Below are positions 23,707-34,667 of a stretch of DNA of 64,000 nucleotides, one piece after another. Source of the DNA: a bacterium (GTDB lineage Bacteria; Omnitrophota; Gorgyraeia; Duberdicusellales; 4484-171). The position numbers and the translations under genes were made by a program. Position 1 is the first letter of the stretch; each line of letters starts with the position of its first letter. Under the pieces are notes generated by a model that had not been told where the DNA came from, made no database searches, and saw only the letters and a list, made by a program, of their open reading frames with translations. Where the stretch lies: the NCBI GenBank assembly GCA_021796115.1, contig JAJYOP010000002.1, positions 6,842-70,841 of the forward strand, given 5' to 3'.

Positions 23707-25413
23707 TTACAAAATCTTTTTTTCTTTTAACTGGCCGAGAAATTCCAGCGCAACCTTTACTGATTCATAGCTTGAGCCGGCATTTTCCAGAAAAATACAA
23801 ATTGTGTACTTGGGGTCATCATAAGGAAAATATCCAACAAACCAGCCATGTGCGCCTCCGCGGGCCTGGGCAGTTCCGGTTTTTCCGGAAATTTTTAAAG
23901 CGAGCGAATTAAGAATTCTCGCCGTCCCCCCATCATTTTCAATAACTCCCCTAAGGTCATTTTGCAATATTGCTAATGTTTCTAACGGGATGCCGGATTT
24001 AACCGGTTGAGTAACGGCAATGCTCGTATCGCCGATTTTATTAATTATGTGGGGCCTTACAATGTAACCTGCATTGGCAAAAGTATTAAATACCAGAGTA
24101 TTCTCTATTGGCGATGCCAAAATATAACCCTGGCCGATAGAAAGATTTAAAGTATCTCCCATATACCACTTCTTGAAAACTCCCCAGCTAGTTCCGGGAA
24201 CAATCCCCTTATTCTCATACGGCAAATCTATGCCGGTTAACGAATTAAGGCCAAGCTTTTCTGCCCACTTTGTGATCTGTTCTCTCCCGGTAAGCATACC
24301 CACGTTATAAAAATAAACGTTACAAGAGTGGGCTAGGGCAGCATAAAGATTTTGCAGGCCGTGAGCATGCTCGCAGTGGAATTCCGCATTGCCCAGTTTT
24401 AATTTCCCAGTGCAATTAAAAGTTGTTGAGGTAGTAATTTTTTTTGATTCGAGCGCCGCAATGGCTACTACCGGTTTAAAAGTCGAGCCTAAAGGGTAAG
24501 TTGATTGTATCGCCCGATTTTGCAGCGGCCGGCGCTTATCTTTAAATACCTCAGTTAATTCATCCGCGCCAGTTACGAAACTATTGGGGTTAAAGGAGGG
24601 TGAAGAAACTAAAGCCAAGATACCCCCATTTTTAGAATCCATAAATATGAAAGCGCCTTTTTTATCTTTCATTGCGCTATAGGCCGCTTTTTGCATATTT
24701 AAATCAAGGGTCAAATAAACGTCATTTCCTCTTTGCGTATTTAATTTACCGAGAAAACCAGCGATTTGGCCCTGGGCATTTATTTCAATAAGATCTCCTC
24801 CGTCTTTTCCTCTAAGATAATCATCATAATACTCTTCAATGCCGGTTTTTCCTATACGCTCAGACGGTGAATAGCCGTATTTCTTGATATTTTCCGGAAA
24901 GGCAGAGGCATCCTGGACATAGCCAAGAACATGGGCAAATTCATAAGGGTATAAGTATAATCGTTTCGGTTCAGGATTTATCAGGACATCATCACCGAAT
25001 TTTTCTTTTATTTTGAACGCAGTTTTTTTGTCAATATCCGGGATTATGTCTACCGGGCTGAATTGATTTTGAAATTTGCGGTTATAATTACGGTCAAGTC
25101 TTTTAACATCGGAATTTATGTAGACAGAGATACTTTTAAAAAGTTTATCTTTTTTATATTTTATTTGATAGGGTATAACGGAAATATTAAAAGACGGAAT
25201 ATCTTTGGCAAGAAGTTCTCCGTTTCTGTCGTAGATATTACCGCGCAGTGAACGTTCGGGAATTACCCGGACATAATTATTTCTTGCACGAATAAGATAG
25301 TAATCCCCTTTAAGAATCTGATAATAAAATAACGAAATTAACAGTATACTAAAACCGCCAACGCAAATGCTTGTAAAAAATGCATCAAAGTTGTTTCTTT
25401 TAAAACTACTCAT
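23707..25413 (-). CDS. mrdA: Penicillin-binding protein 2 (elongasome transpeptidase)
   Basis: STFKP (SxxK), SCN (SxN) and KTGT motifs. N-terminal TM anchor. Confidence 0.9.
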   Translation of the reverse strand: MSSFKRNNFDAFFTSICVGGFSILLISLFYYQILKGDYYLIRARNNYVRVIPERSLRGNIYDRNGELLAKDIPSFNISVIPYQIKYKKDKLFKSISVYINSDVKRLDRNYNRKFQNQFSPVDIIPDIDKKTAFKIKEKFGDDVLINPEPKRLYLYPYEFAHVLGYVQDASAFPENIKKYGYSPSERIGKTGIEEYYDDYLRGKDGGDLIEINAQGQIAGFLGKLNTQRGNDVYLTLDLNMQKAAYSAMKDKKGAFIFMDSKNGGILALVSSPSFNPNSFVTGADELTEVFKDKRRPLQNRAIQSTYPLGSTFKPVVAIAALESKKITTSTTFNCTGKLKLGNAEFHCEHAHGLQNLYAALAHSCNVYFYNVGMLTGREQITKWAEKLGLNSLTGIDLPYENKGIVPGTSWGVFKKWYMGDTLNLSIGQGYILASPIENTLVFNTFANAGYIVRPHIINKIGDTSIAVTQPVKSGIPLETLAILQNDLRGVIENDGGTARILNSLALKISGKTGTAQARGGAHGWFVGYFPYDDPKYTICIFLENAGSSYESVKVALEFLGQLKEKKIL

Positions 25414-25861
25414 TTTCTGCTTGCGGAATTTTTAACCACGGCGACAGAATATAATTAAGAAGAAAAAAGGCTACGCTTGAGTGTATAAGAAATAATAGCG
25501 AAAAAAAGTATGGTACTCTGTGGATATAAATATTATTTACCATCAGATGAATGATAAGGGCAGCATAGAAAATAAAGAAGAATGCCGCTTTTTTTCGAAA
25601 ATTATGCAAAAAATAATATATAAAAATTACTATCAGGGCAAACTCGAAAATATTGAACGACACACTTGTCGTAGATGCGGCATCCTTAAAATAGCCGAAA
25701 ATAATTCCAAAAATTAATGCTGTTTGCAGGGGGTAATTTATCGCGATAAAAATAATTCCAAGAAAAGTAAATTCGGTAAATAATGAATAACCAAACGGCT
25801 TTGTGAGGTCGAGCAAAAGAAGTATCAATAATGAAAATAATATGCGTAAGTTTCGTGTCAC
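25406..25861 (-). CDS. mreD: Rod shape-determining protein MreD
   Basis: Small polytopic membrane protein between mreC and mrdA, overlapping both neighbours. Confidence 0.75.
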   Translation of the reverse strand: MTRNLRILFSLLILLLLDLTKPFGYSLFTEFTFLGIIFIAINYPLQTALIFGIIFGYFKDAASTTSVSFNIFEFALIVIFIYYFLHNFRKKAAFFFIFYAALIIHLMVNNIYIHRVPYFFSLLFLIHSSVAFFLLNYILSPWLKIPQAENE

Positions 25862-26583
25862 TTTATTATAAATATTTTGTTTAGAATCGAGTTGCTATTA
25901 AAAGGCCTTACCTTGACTTCAAAAAAAAGGTTTTCCTTATTCTCGTTTATCTTCATAACCCTACCGATATAAATGGGGTATGAAGCCAGAGGTATTTTAA
26001 ACCAAACTATGTCGTTAAGATTTATTTTGTCGGAATTATCGATATAAAGGATTCTTAACGAGTCTAATCCGCCCTGGAGCATCCCCATAGCATCGTTGCC
26101 AATGAAAACGGGAAGGCTAAATTCTGGATCATCAATAAGCATAAGCCGGCCATAGTCATTCGTAACCGAAATTATTTTGCCGACTAAATAGCCGTTGTCA
26201 TCGATTGCATACATCCCATTTCTTATCCCTTTATTTTTGCCGGCATTAACGAGCACTATCCTCCTCCAGCTTGACGGATCAAAGGATATAACATCTGTGC
26301 CTACAACATCAATGTGTTTTTCTGTTCTAAATTCCAGTGCCTTTTTTAGTTTGTTATTTTCGTCTTCAAGAAGTTTTGACTTTTTCAACGCTAACGATAA
26401 CAATAAGTTATCTTTTTCAAGTTTTTCGATAACTTTCCGGCTTTGATTAAAAACTGGGAGGCGTTGGTCAGAAAATAAGATTAGGATGTTCGCGATAAAA
26501 CCTTTAAACGGAAGTAGCAACAGCAACGCGAACAAAAGGCATAACGCTATGTGTTTGGATGTGATTTTAGAAGCTGGATACAA
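25858..26583 (-). CDS. mreC: Rod shape-determining protein MreC
   Basis: TM anchor, coiled-coil segment ([14 protein letters not shown]-like), beta-rich C-terminal domain. Position after mreB. Confidence 0.8.
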   Translation of the reverse strand: MYPASKITSKHIALCLLFALLLLLPFKGFIANILILFSDQRLPVFNQSRKVIEKLEKDNLLLSLALKKSKLLEDENNKLKKALEFRTEKHIDVVGTDVISFDPSSWRRIVLVNAGKNKGIRNGMYAIDDNGYLVGKIISVTNDYGRLMLIDDPEFSLPVFIGNDAMGMLQGGLDSLRILYIDNSDKINLNDIVWFKIPLASYPIYIGRVMKINENKENLFFEVKVRPFNSNSILNKIFIIK

Positions 26584-27643
26584 GGGAAATCTTCTTTAAG
26601 AATCTGGGGTCTTCCAGGATTTTACCAGTTCCCAGGGCAACTGACGTTAAGGGGTCATCTGCCACAAAGCACGCAAGTCCTGTCTGTTCAGATAATAATT
26701 TATCCAGGCCGCGTAAAAGAGAGCCTCCGCCGCAAAGAACTATGCCTTTTTCGATTAAATCAGCGGCGAGTTCTGGGGGTGTTCTTTCCAGGGTAACTTT
26801 TGTGGCCTCAATTATTTCTTTTACGGGAACCTGCAGGGCTTCACGCACCTCTTCCGAGTTGATACGTATAAACTTAGGAAGACCCGTAATCAAATCCCTG
26901 CCTCTTACTTCTATGGTTAATTCTTCAGCCAGCGGCCAGGCCGAACCTATTTTAATCTTTATTTCTTCTGCAGTACGCTCGCCAATCATAAGATTGTACG
27001 CTTTTTTCATATGTTCGATTATGGCTTCATCCATTTCGTCTCCGCCGACGCGTATTGAGCGGGCAAAAACCGAACCACCTAAAGATATTACAGCAATTTC
27101 CGTAGTTCCTCCACCGATATCAATAACCATGTTTCCTTGAGGCTCGGTTATCGGCAAGCCAACTCCAATAGCCGCGGCTAATGATTGTTCCACAGGAATA
27201 ACCTCTCTGGCGCCGGCTTTAATCGCGGAATCTTTTACTGCGCGTTTTTCTACTTCGGTAATACCGGAAGGAACGGCAATTACGATTCGTGGCCTTCGGA
27301 AATTACTGAAAATATTCGGCGGGTTAACTTTATTAATAAAGTAGCGCAACATCTCTTCGGTTACATCAAAATCGGCAATAACTCCGTCCTTCATTGGCCG
27401 GATTGCCGAAATACTTCCGGGAGTTTTGCCAAGCATGCGCTTTGCTTCTTCTCCAACCGCAAGCACAGCTCCGCTATTTTTATAGATCGCAACCACAGAT
27501 GGCTCACAAAGCACTATACCTTCACCGCGTAAATAAACCAGGGTGGTTGCCGTACCTAAATCAATACCGATGTCGTTAGCAAACGCACCTAAAAGTGTGC
27601 TTATGCCTCTTGTGGCCGAACTGATTATTTTAGTTGGTTGCAC
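26567..27643 (-). CDS. mreB: Rod shape-determining actin homologue MreB
   Basis: [50 protein letters not shown] start preceded by GGAGGG. Confidence 0.95.
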   Translation of the reverse strand: MQPTKIISSATRGISTLLGAFANDIGIDLGTATTLVYLRGEGIVLCEPSVVAIYKNSGAVLAVGEEAKRMLGKTPGSISAIRPMKDGVIADFDVTEEMLRYFINKVNPPNIFSNFRRPRIVIAVPSGITEVEKRAVKDSAIKAGAREVIPVEQSLAAAIGVGLPITEPQGNMVIDIGGGTTEIAVISLGGSVFARSIRVGGDEMDEAIIEHMKKAYNLMIGERTAEEIKIKIGSAWPLAEELTIEVRGRDLITGLPKFIRINSEEVREALQVPVKEIIEATKVTLERTPPELAADLIEKGIVLCGGGSLLRGLDKLLSEQTGLACFVADDPLTSVALGTGKILEDPRFLKKISLVSSF

Positions 27644-27669
27644 GTAAGCCCTCCAGACAAGTTATAGAA

Positions 27670-27698
27670 ATGATAACAAAGCGCTGCCTGCTTGTCAA
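27670..27698 (-). promoter_or_regulatory. Sigma70-type promoter TTGACA-17-TATCAT for the mre operon
   Basis: The minus strand reads TTGACAagcaggcagcgctttgtTATCAT. Confidence 0.55.
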
Positions 27699-27738
27699 CA
27701 AGAAACACTAATTTAGCCTCAAAATTATGTAAACCAAA

Positions 27739-29394
27739 CTATTCTTTAAATACTGCGCCGCTTGATGCCGACTTGACTATTTTAGAATATCGATAGAGAT
27801 ATCCTGATTTTACCTTAGCGGGGAGTATTTTTATTTGTTTTTTGCGCTTTTGTATCTCTGCGTTGGAAATTAAAAGTTCTATTTTTCTTGCCGGGATGTC
27901 GATATTTATAGCGTCGCCGTCTTTTATATAAGCAATCAAACCTCCCAATGCGGCTTCGGGTGAGATGTGGCCTATGCATGGTCCTCTTGTTCCGCCGGAA
28001 AATCTTCCGTCGGTAATCAAGGCAACACTTTTATGCAGGCCCATACCGACAATTGCGGATGTTGGAGAAAGCATTTCTTTCATGCCTGGTCCGCCGCTGG
28101 GGCCTTCATAACGCACGACAACGACATCACCTTTTTTTACTTTTCCATCAAGAATGCTTGCCATTGCTCCTTCTTCTGAATCAAAGACTATAGCTTTGCC
28201 TTTAAATTTAAGCGCATCAACTTCAACTGCTGATTGCTTAACCACAGCGCCTTCGGGCGCAAGATTACCGTAAAGTATGGCAATACCGCCTTCGTTTCTG
28301 TAGGCATTATTTAACGGGCGGATTACGTCTTCATCGTAAATTGTCGCGGACTCTGCGATTTGTTTAATGTTTTGTCCGGAAACCGTGGGGTTATCTTTTA
28401 AGTTAGCGAGAAAGCGTTTCATAACTGCCGGAATGCCTCCCGCATTATCAAGGTCTTCCATGTAATAGTCTCCGGCTGGTTCTAATTTAGTGATGTTTTT
28501 TGTCTTATGGCTGATTCTATCGAAATCATTTAAGCCTAATTTCACTCCAGCCTCGTGGGCTATTGCCATAAGATGCAAAACCGTATTTGTTGAGCCGCCC
28601 AGGGCCATATCTATGGTTATAGCATTTTCAAGGGCCGACTTATTTATAATATCTTTCGGTTTTAAGGACGAATTCACAAGCTCAACAATCCGCTGACCGC
28701 TTTCATAGGCGATTCTTAATTTTCTGCTTAATGCCGCGGGGGTCGTTCCGCAATAAGGAAGAGACAGCCCCATACTTTCCGTAAGGCAAGCCATTGTATT
28801 TGCGGTATACATCCCCTGACAGGAACCGCAAGAAGGGCAAGCCTCGCATTCAATAACCCTTAACTCCTCCTTCCCTATGGTTCCTGCCTTGGCCCTTCCC
28901 ACTGCTTCAAATGTGTCGTGTACCAAAGCCAGGCGTTTTTTACCAAAGTGCCCGGCAAGCATAGGCCCGGCAGTAACAACGATTGTGGGGATGTTAACAC
29001 GCAAAGAACCCATCATCATTCCCGGAGTTATTTTGTCGCAATTAGTGAGTAAAATTAAACCATCAAGGCTGTTTGCTGAAGCTATTGATTCGATAATATC
29101 GGCAATAAGTTCGCGTGAAGGAAGCGAATATTTCATTCCTTCATGCCCCATGGCGATTCCATCGCAGATACCTGGAACCCCAAAAATAAAGGGCGTACCG
29201 CCTTTATTCTCTATTCCGCGTTCGATGTAACGCTCAAGGCCACGCATGTTGATATGGCCGGGGATAAGATCGGTAAAGGAAGAGGCTATACCGATAAAAG
29301 GCCTGCCAATATGGGAACGGTGCAGCCCTGTTCCGTACAATAATGCTCTGTTTGGAAGTCTTTCTATGCCATTTTTTATCTTATCCGAACGCAT
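27739..29394 (-). CDS. ilvD: Dihydroxy-acid dehydratase
   Basis: IlvD/Edd family signatures ([37 protein letters not shown]). Confidence 0.95.
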   Translation of the reverse strand: MRSDKIKNGIERLPNRALLYGTGLHRSHIGRPFIGIASSFTDLIPGHINMRGLERYIERGIENKGGTPFIFGVPGICDGIAMGHEGMKYSLPSRELIADIIESIASANSLDGLILLTNCDKITPGMMMGSLRVNIPTIVVTAGPMLAGHFGKKRLALVHDTFEAVGRAKAGTIGKEELRVIECEACPSCGSCQGMYTANTMACLTESMGLSLPYCGTTPAALSRKLRIAYESGQRIVELVNSSLKPKDIINKSALENAITIDMALGGSTNTVLHLMAIAHEAGVKLGLNDFDRISHKTKNITKLEPAGDYYMEDLDNAGGIPAVMKRFLANLKDNPTVSGQNIKQIAESATIYDEDVIRPLNNAYRNEGGIAILYGNLAPEGAVVKQSAVEVDALKFKGKAIVFDSEEGAMASILDGKVKKGDVVVVRYEGPSGGPGMKEMLSPTSAIVGMGLHKSVALITDGRFSGGTRGPCIGHISPEAALGGLIAYIKDGDAINIDIPARKIELLISNAEIQKRKKQIKILPAKVKSGYLYRYSKIVKSASSGAVFKE

Positions 29395-29476
29395 TTTTAT
29401 CCCCCAGTTTTATAAGCAGAGTGTCGCAAGTAGAGAGAAATTATTATCATTATGGTAACTAAAGAATTCAATGTTT

Positions 29477-30880
29477 TTAATCCGCACCCTCAAGCTCGCC
29501 TAAATCCTTTTCTTCTTTAAGAAAATCTTCTTTTTTCTTCTGGACAGGTACTGTTTTTACATATTCATTTACGTAATTTTTTGTGCCTTTTATGCGAAGC
29601 TTATCGAACAGGAAAGAAAATTCTTCTTCCAGAGTCAAAGAAATTTTATTTTTCCACTCTTTTGGAAGAGAATGAATTTCTTTCTTAAACGGCCCTAACG
29701 CGCTTTTGCGTGTTTTGTAAATAAACTGGTCGTTAGTCATATCGGGTTTCTTTTCTGCCGCAAAATTACTATGCAGCCAGTTATAAATTTTTTCTTTCAA
29801 AGACAGCGGTAAATAATCATAAACTATATTCTGGAATTGTGTCGCAAGATGGATTTCTGCGCATTCAACTTCCGGAAAGGTATGAAACGCTTCGTTGGGA
29901 AGAGTTGATGCGCCATGTTGCACCGCACCAGCCATGCCGTAATCTTTTCGCGCGATTTCCGACAATTTTTTTAAAGTATCGAAATCGATATTTACTTTTG
30001 CGATTGAACCGTCGGGAAGTACCACTCCACCGTGAGAAGTCCCGGTTTGGATGCTAATTTTCGATATCCCTTTTAACTTTCCGATTTCTTTACGATACCC
30101 TTTAATGTACGCATGCAACTCATCAGGAGTTGAATTTTTTCCTCCCACCTCTCCTATCTCGCCGCCGATAGAAATTTCAATGTCTTTTGGTTGCAGGCTG
30201 CGAATATATTTGGTAAGAAGCGCACAAACATCATAGTTAAGTTTTTGCTGTTCGTCGTGGCTCGGTTTTGATAAATCAACTAATGTCGACGTATCTATGT
30301 CAATATTGTAAAATGATGCAGAAATTGCTTCCTGTATTAATTCTTTTAAAGGGTTTATCTCCTTGTCTTTGTTTTCAAAAAAATTTTTTGCTTTTACCTG
30401 GAAGTGGTCGCCTTGAATGAAAATAGGCCCGCTATAGTTTTCTTTTATTGCCGCAAGTATCAGCGCGGAAGAATATTCCAGCGGCCTCTGGCCAGTGTAG
30501 CCGATTTCGCTTTTTGCAATTTCAAAAATGAACGAACCGGCATTTATTTTGTTTGCCGCACGAAAAACTGCACGCGCCAAATCGAAAGTCAAGGTTCTTA
30601 TATTCATAGCCGGAACAGTAAAACCCTTGATTTCCCCCTTGCCTCTTGCCTCATATAACCCCTGGATTGATGAAGGCACTACGTTTAACTGTAATCCTGT
30701 ATTGTACGCCACCCAGTAACAAACTTTTTTTAGATGAGCTGAATCAGAAAGAATCATAGTGTCTAGCAAATCATCAGCCATTTTTCTGCGGAAAAGCTCG
30801 GGATTTTTTATTACAATTTTGCCGTTTTCCTCTACCAAAATTTTTCCATCAAAAATCTGCGACTCAACTCTGTAAACCAT
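29477..30880 (-). CDS. Class II ketose-bisphosphate aldolase family protein (long form)
   Basis: GFTVPAMNIRTL, IFIQGDHFQV, NIDIDTS, QTGTSHGG, VQHGAST. SD AAGGAGGAG precedes ATG 30880. Confidence 0.7.
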   Translation of the reverse strand: MVYRVESQIFDGKILVEENGKIVIKNPELFRRKMADDLLDTMILSDSAHLKKVCYWVAYNTGLQLNVVPSSIQGLYEARGKGEIKGFTVPAMNIRTLTFDLARAVFRAANKINAGSFIFEIAKSEIGYTGQRPLEYSSALILAAIKENYSGPIFIQGDHFQVKAKNFFENKDKEINPLKELIQEAISASFYNIDIDTSTLVDLSKPSHDEQQKLNYDVCALLTKYIRSLQPKDIEISIGGEIGEVGGKNSTPDELHAYIKGYRKEIGKLKGISKISIQTGTSHGGVVLPDGSIAKVNIDFDTLKKLSEIARKDYGMAGAVQHGASTLPNEAFHTFPEVECAEIHLATQFQNIVYDYLPLSLKEKIYNWLHSNFAAEKKPDMTNDQFIYKTRKSALGPFKKEIHSLPKEWKNKISLTLEEEFSFLFDKLRIKGTKNYVNEYVKTVPVQKKKEDFLKEEKDLGELEGAD

Positions 30881-30937
30881 TTCTCCTCCTTTAATGAGCA
30901 CAGCATTTTTTAGCCGCAAGAGGGCGAAAAAATACTA

Positions 30938-31108
30938 GTGCGAATTACCCCCGAACGATGAGACTGTCTTTTTGCCTGCGTAAGCGTGCAAAAAGACTTA
31001 GTCGAATCGTCCCAAGCAAAGCTTGGGACGAAGTAATGGGGTTGCTCACAGATATTCACAGATTGGAAATCGCGAATGAGTGCAAATATTTATCTGTGAA
31101 CATCTGTG
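30938..31108. repeat. Composite intercistronic repeat block of four hairpins plus GTCGAAT-type linkers
   Basis: GCGAATTACCCCCGAACGA at 30940-30958. 10-bp hairpin 30966-30975/30988-30997. TTAGTCGAATCGTCCCAAGCAAAGCTTGGGACGAAGTAATGGGG at 30998-31041. CACAGAT x2 / ATCTGTG x2 stem at 31047-31108. Confidence 0.85.
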
Positions 31109-31115
31109 TGATTTT

Positions 31116-32069
31116 TCAAGTAAGAATTTTAATCAGCCGGTAATAGCTCTCCACTTCCATATCTTTTGATTTGATCGCGTCTTCAAGGGGCAGTAAAAAC
31201 AAATTACCGTTTTTAAGAGAGACACATTTGTCGCTTTCCCCGTCTTTTATGGCTTCTACAGCCTTATTCCCATATCGTGCTGCAAGTATCCGGTCAAATG
31301 CTGTCGGCCTCCCCCCTCTTTGTATGTGCCCAAGAACGGTTTCCCGGGTCTCAAACTCGGTTATTTGCGTAATTTTGGCGGCTACATCCTGAGCCTTCGC
31401 TTTTCCTTCGGCAGTAATAATTATCCAGCTTATTTTGCCGCGGGCATTTCCTTCGGTAATTTCTTCGCACATTCCTTCGATATCTAAATTCTTTTCTGGT
31501 ACAATCACTTCTTCGCATCCGCCGGCAAGCGCGACTCTTAGCGCAATGTAACCACAATCGCGGCCCATAACTTCCACCACAAATATTCTTTCAAGCGAAG
31601 TTGCGGTGTCGCGTATTTTATCAATTGCATCAAGGGCAACATTCACGGCAGTGTCTGTGCCGAGTGCTGAATCCACGCCGTTTATATCATTATCGATTGT
31701 CGCAGGAACGCCGATAACTTTTATCCCGTATTTTTCACAAAGAACATGTGCGCCAGTCAACGAACCATTGCCACCAACAACTATAAGGCCGTCGAGCTGA
31801 TTATTCTTTATCGTTTTAAGCGCATCAAGCTGACCTTCTTCCGTAAGAAAACGTTTTGCGCGCGCAGTTTTTAAAATGGTGCCGCCGGAATTTATTATTC
31901 CGGAAACCGAACGATGAGTAAGAACCGTGGTCTCGGAATTCATTAACCCTTCATAGCCCCGTATTATCCCGACAATTTCAATACCATAGGAGTCTGCAGT
32001 TCTGACAATTGCCCGGATGCAGGCGTTTATGCCTGCACAATCCCTGGTTAATATGCCTATCCGTTTCAT
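31116..32069 (-). CDS. pfkA: 6-phosphofructokinase family protein with a non-canonical nucleotide-site motif
   Basis: PATIDNDI, MGRDCG and GHIQRGGRPT are conserved. The N-terminal SGGDAPGMN is replaced by TRDCAGIN, and GGDGS by GGNGS. Confidence 0.8.
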   Translation of the reverse strand: MKRIGILTRDCAGINACIRAIVRTADSYGIEIVGIIRGYEGLMNSETTVLTHRSVSGIINSGGTILKTARAKRFLTEEGQLDALKTIKNNQLDGLIVVGGNGSLTGAHVLCEKYGIKVIGVPATIDNDINGVDSALGTDTAVNVALDAIDKIRDTATSLERIFVVEVMGRDCGYIALRVALAGGCEEVIVPEKNLDIEGMCEEITEGNARGKISWIIITAEGKAKAQDVAAKITQITEFETRETVLGHIQRGGRPTAFDRILAARYGNKAVEAIKDGESDKCVSLKNGNLFLLPLEDAIKSKDMEVESYYRLIKILT

Positions 32070-32135
32070 TTAAGGCCACCTAATTTGTGTTCTGCGTAAC
32101 ACGTATCACATGCGACATGCTACGTGCTACATGTT

Positions 32136-33392
32136 TCAAGTCCCCATCTGCCAGCTTGAAAGATATTTTTTCTGTTCCGCAGTTAACTTATCGACTTTAA
32201 TGCCCATTGACTCAAGTTTGAGAGAGGCAATCTTTTTGTCGATATCCTCAGGAACGGTAAAAACGTTCTTATCGAGGTTTTTGTAATTTTTTGCGATATA
32301 TTCAGCGCTTAAGGCCTGATTAGCAAAAGACATATCCATAACGCAGGCTGGATGGCCTTCTGCCGCGGCAAGATTTATAAGACGGCCTTCGCCAAGCAGA
32401 TAAATCTTCTTTCCGGTTTTAAGGGTATATTCATCGATAAAATCCCTGACGGGCCTTTTTGCTTTGCTCATCGCCTCAAGCGATTTAATATCGAGTTCAA
32501 CATTAAAATGTCCGGTGTTTGTGACAATAGCGCCGTCTTTCATGATTTCAAAATGCTCTTTTCGTATTACATTTATGTCTCCGGTGACGGTTACGAAAAT
32601 ATCGCCGATTTTTGCCGCGTCCTTTATCGGCATGACACGAAAACTGTCCATCGTCGCTTCAAGGCCACGCAATGGATTAACTTCGACAACGATTATTTTT
32701 GCGCCAAGGCCTTTGGCTCGCATGGCCAAGCCTTTGCCGCACCAGCCGTATCCGCATACCACAAAATCTGAACCGGCAATAAGTTTATTTGTGGCCCGAA
32801 TTATTCCGTCCATGGTCGACTGGCCGGTTCCGTAGCGATTATCGAAAAGGTGTTTTGTCTGGGCATCGTTTACGGCAATAATCGGGTAACGTAATTTGTT
32901 TTCCTTCGCCAAAGCGCGTAAGCGTATTACGCCTGTGGTTGTCTCTTCCGTCCCGCCGATAATGTTACCGTGCATTTTATCTGGACGCTGATGAATGGTG
33001 CTTACCAAATCCGCTCCGTCATCCATGGTGATGTCAGGTCTTTGCGCCAAAACAGACTCGATATGGCTGTAATATGTCTTTGTGTCTTCGCCTTTTATGG
33101 CATATACGCCGATACCGTTATTTTTTACCAGCGCCGCTGCAACATCATCCTGCGTAGACAATGGGTTGGACGCGCAAAGATTCACTTCTGCTCCGCCTGA
33201 CTGTAATGTCTGCACCAGCACTGCGGTTTCTGTGGTAACGTGCAGACAACAGGCAACCTTTAAGCCTTTCAATGGTTTTTCTTTTTTGAATCTTTCGCAA
33301 ATCAGTCTAAGCACAGGCATGTCATTGCCCGCCCATTCGATTCGTGATATGCCTTTTTTGTTTAAGTTTATATCTTTAACATCGTACTTCAT
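32136..33392 (-). CDS. ahcY: Adenosylhomocysteinase
   Basis: [50 protein letters not shown] precedes ATG 33392. Confidence 0.95.
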   Translation of the reverse strand: MKYDVKDINLNKKGISRIEWAGNDMPVLRLICERFKKEKPLKGLKVACCLHVTTETAVLVQTLQSGGAEVNLCASNPLSTQDDVAAALVKNNGIGVYAIKGEDTKTYYSHIESVLAQRPDITMDDGADLVSTIHQRPDKMHGNIIGGTEETTTGVIRLRALAKENKLRYPIIAVNDAQTKHLFDNRYGTGQSTMDGIIRATNKLIAGSDFVVCGYGWCGKGLAMRAKGLGAKIIVVEVNPLRGLEATMDSFRVMPIKDAAKIGDIFVTVTGDINVIRKEHFEIMKDGAIVTNTGHFNVELDIKSLEAMSKAKRPVRDFIDEYTLKTGKKIYLLGEGRLINLAAAEGHPACVMDMSFANQALSAEYIAKNYKNLDKNVFTVPEDIDKKIASLKLESMGIKVDKLTAEQKKYLSSWQMGT

Positions 33393-33431
33393 AATCTCCT
33401 TTTTTAAACACGCGTTACCGCAAATTTGGGA

Positions 33432-33489
33432 ACGAATTCCCACGCATGGAAAAATAGATTTATCCGTGGTAATTCGTGTTTAATTCGTG
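33432..33489. repeat. ATCCGTG/ATTCGTG word array with a 13-bp imperfect inverted repeat
   Basis: ACGAATTCCCACG (33432-33444) versus CGTGGTAATTCGT (33465-33477), complementary at 12 of 13 positions. Words at 33462, 33472 and 33483. ATTTATCCGTG at 33458-33468. Confidence 0.85.
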
Positions 33490-33500
33490 GATATTTGTGT

Positions 33501-34667
33501 TCATAATTTTGCCGCTTGTTTTTTTAAAGTTGTAGCCATATCGGTAATTTCCCAGCTAAATTCCGGTTCCTGCCTGCCAAAATGGCCGTAACAGGCGGTT
33601 TTTCTGTAAATCGGCCTGAGTAAATCAAGAGTTTTAATCATTCCCTGCGGAGTAAGGTCAAAATTTTCCCGTATAAGTTTAACTATCGCCGTGTCGGAAA
33701 CTTTTCCGGTTCCATAGGTATCGACAAGTATTGCCAATGGTTCAGCTTTTCCGATAACATAAGCAAGGTGAATCAAGCATTTATCGGCAATGCCTGCGGC
33801 GACGATGTTTTTCGCGACATAACGCGCCATATAAGCTGCGGAACGGTCAACCTTGGTGGGATCTTTTCCGGAGAAAGCTCCGCCTCCTGAAGCAACCATT
33901 CCGCCGTAGGTGTCGACAACAATTTTTCTTCCGGTCATGCCGGTATCGGACTGCGGTCCGCCGATGACAAATTTTCCAGTTTCATTTATGTAATATTTTG
34001 TATCTTTATCGATAAATTCTTTTAAAATCGGCTTTGCAATTACTTCAATAAGCTCCTCTCGTGCTTTTTTGGTAATTTTTTTCTTATCCGTTTTTGGATC
34101 AAGTATATCTTCTGTGTGTTGACAGGCAAGCACCACAGAATCAACTCTTTTCGGATGGCCATCATGATATTCAACGGTTACTTGAGATTTTCCGTCCGGG
34201 CCAAGATATTTTAATATGCCGTCATGCCGGACATCTGCCATGCGTTTTACCAGTTTATGGGCAAGGGCAATCGGAAGCGGCATAAGCTCTGGTGTTTCTT
34301 TGCAGGCGAAACCTACCATCATCCCCTGGTCTCCGGCTCCACCGGCATCTACGCCTTGCGCAATGTCAGAAGACTGGCTATTGATTGTATTTATAATCGC
34401 ACAGGTATGGTAATCAAAACCATATTTTGGATTATCGTATCCAATCTGTTTTATAATCTGGCGCGCAAGTTTATGAATGTCGACATAGGCGGTTGTAGTA
34501 ATTTCGCCACCGACAATAAGAAGCCCCATGGTGACAAAAGTTTCGCAGGCAACCCGGCCATCAGGATCATATTTTAAAACCTCATCGAGTACGCCATCAG
34601 AAATTTGATCGCATAATTTATCCGGATGCCCCTCGGCAACCGATTCCGATGTGAAATAAAACTTCAT
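33501..34667 (-). CDS. metK: S-adenosylmethionine synthase
   Basis: [37 protein letters not shown]. Confidence 0.95.
   Translation of the reverse strand: MKFYFTSESVAEGHPDKLCDQISDGVLDEVLKYDPDGRVACETFVTMGLLIVGGEITTTAYVDIHKLARQIIKQIGYDNPKYGFDYHTCAIINTINSQSSDIAQGVDAGGAGDQGMMVGFACKETPELMPLPIALAHKLVKRMADVRHDGILKYLGPDGKSQVTVEYHDGHPKRVDSVVLACQHTEDILDPKTDKKKITKKAREELIEVIAKPILKEFIDKDTKYYINETGKFVIGGPQSDTGMTGRKIVVDTYGGMVASGGGAFSGKDPTKVDRSAAYMARYVAKNIVAAGIADKCLIHLAYVIGKAEPLAILVDTYGTGKVSDTAIVKLIRENFDLTPQGMIKTLDLLRPIYRKTACYGHFGRQEPEFSWEITDMATTLKKQAAKL

Noticed and set aside
30958-31143. 61-aa plus-strand ORF in the pfk-aldolase spacer
   Set aside because: It is composed of the hairpin repeat block, has no SD, and its 3' end overlaps pfkA on the opposite strand.
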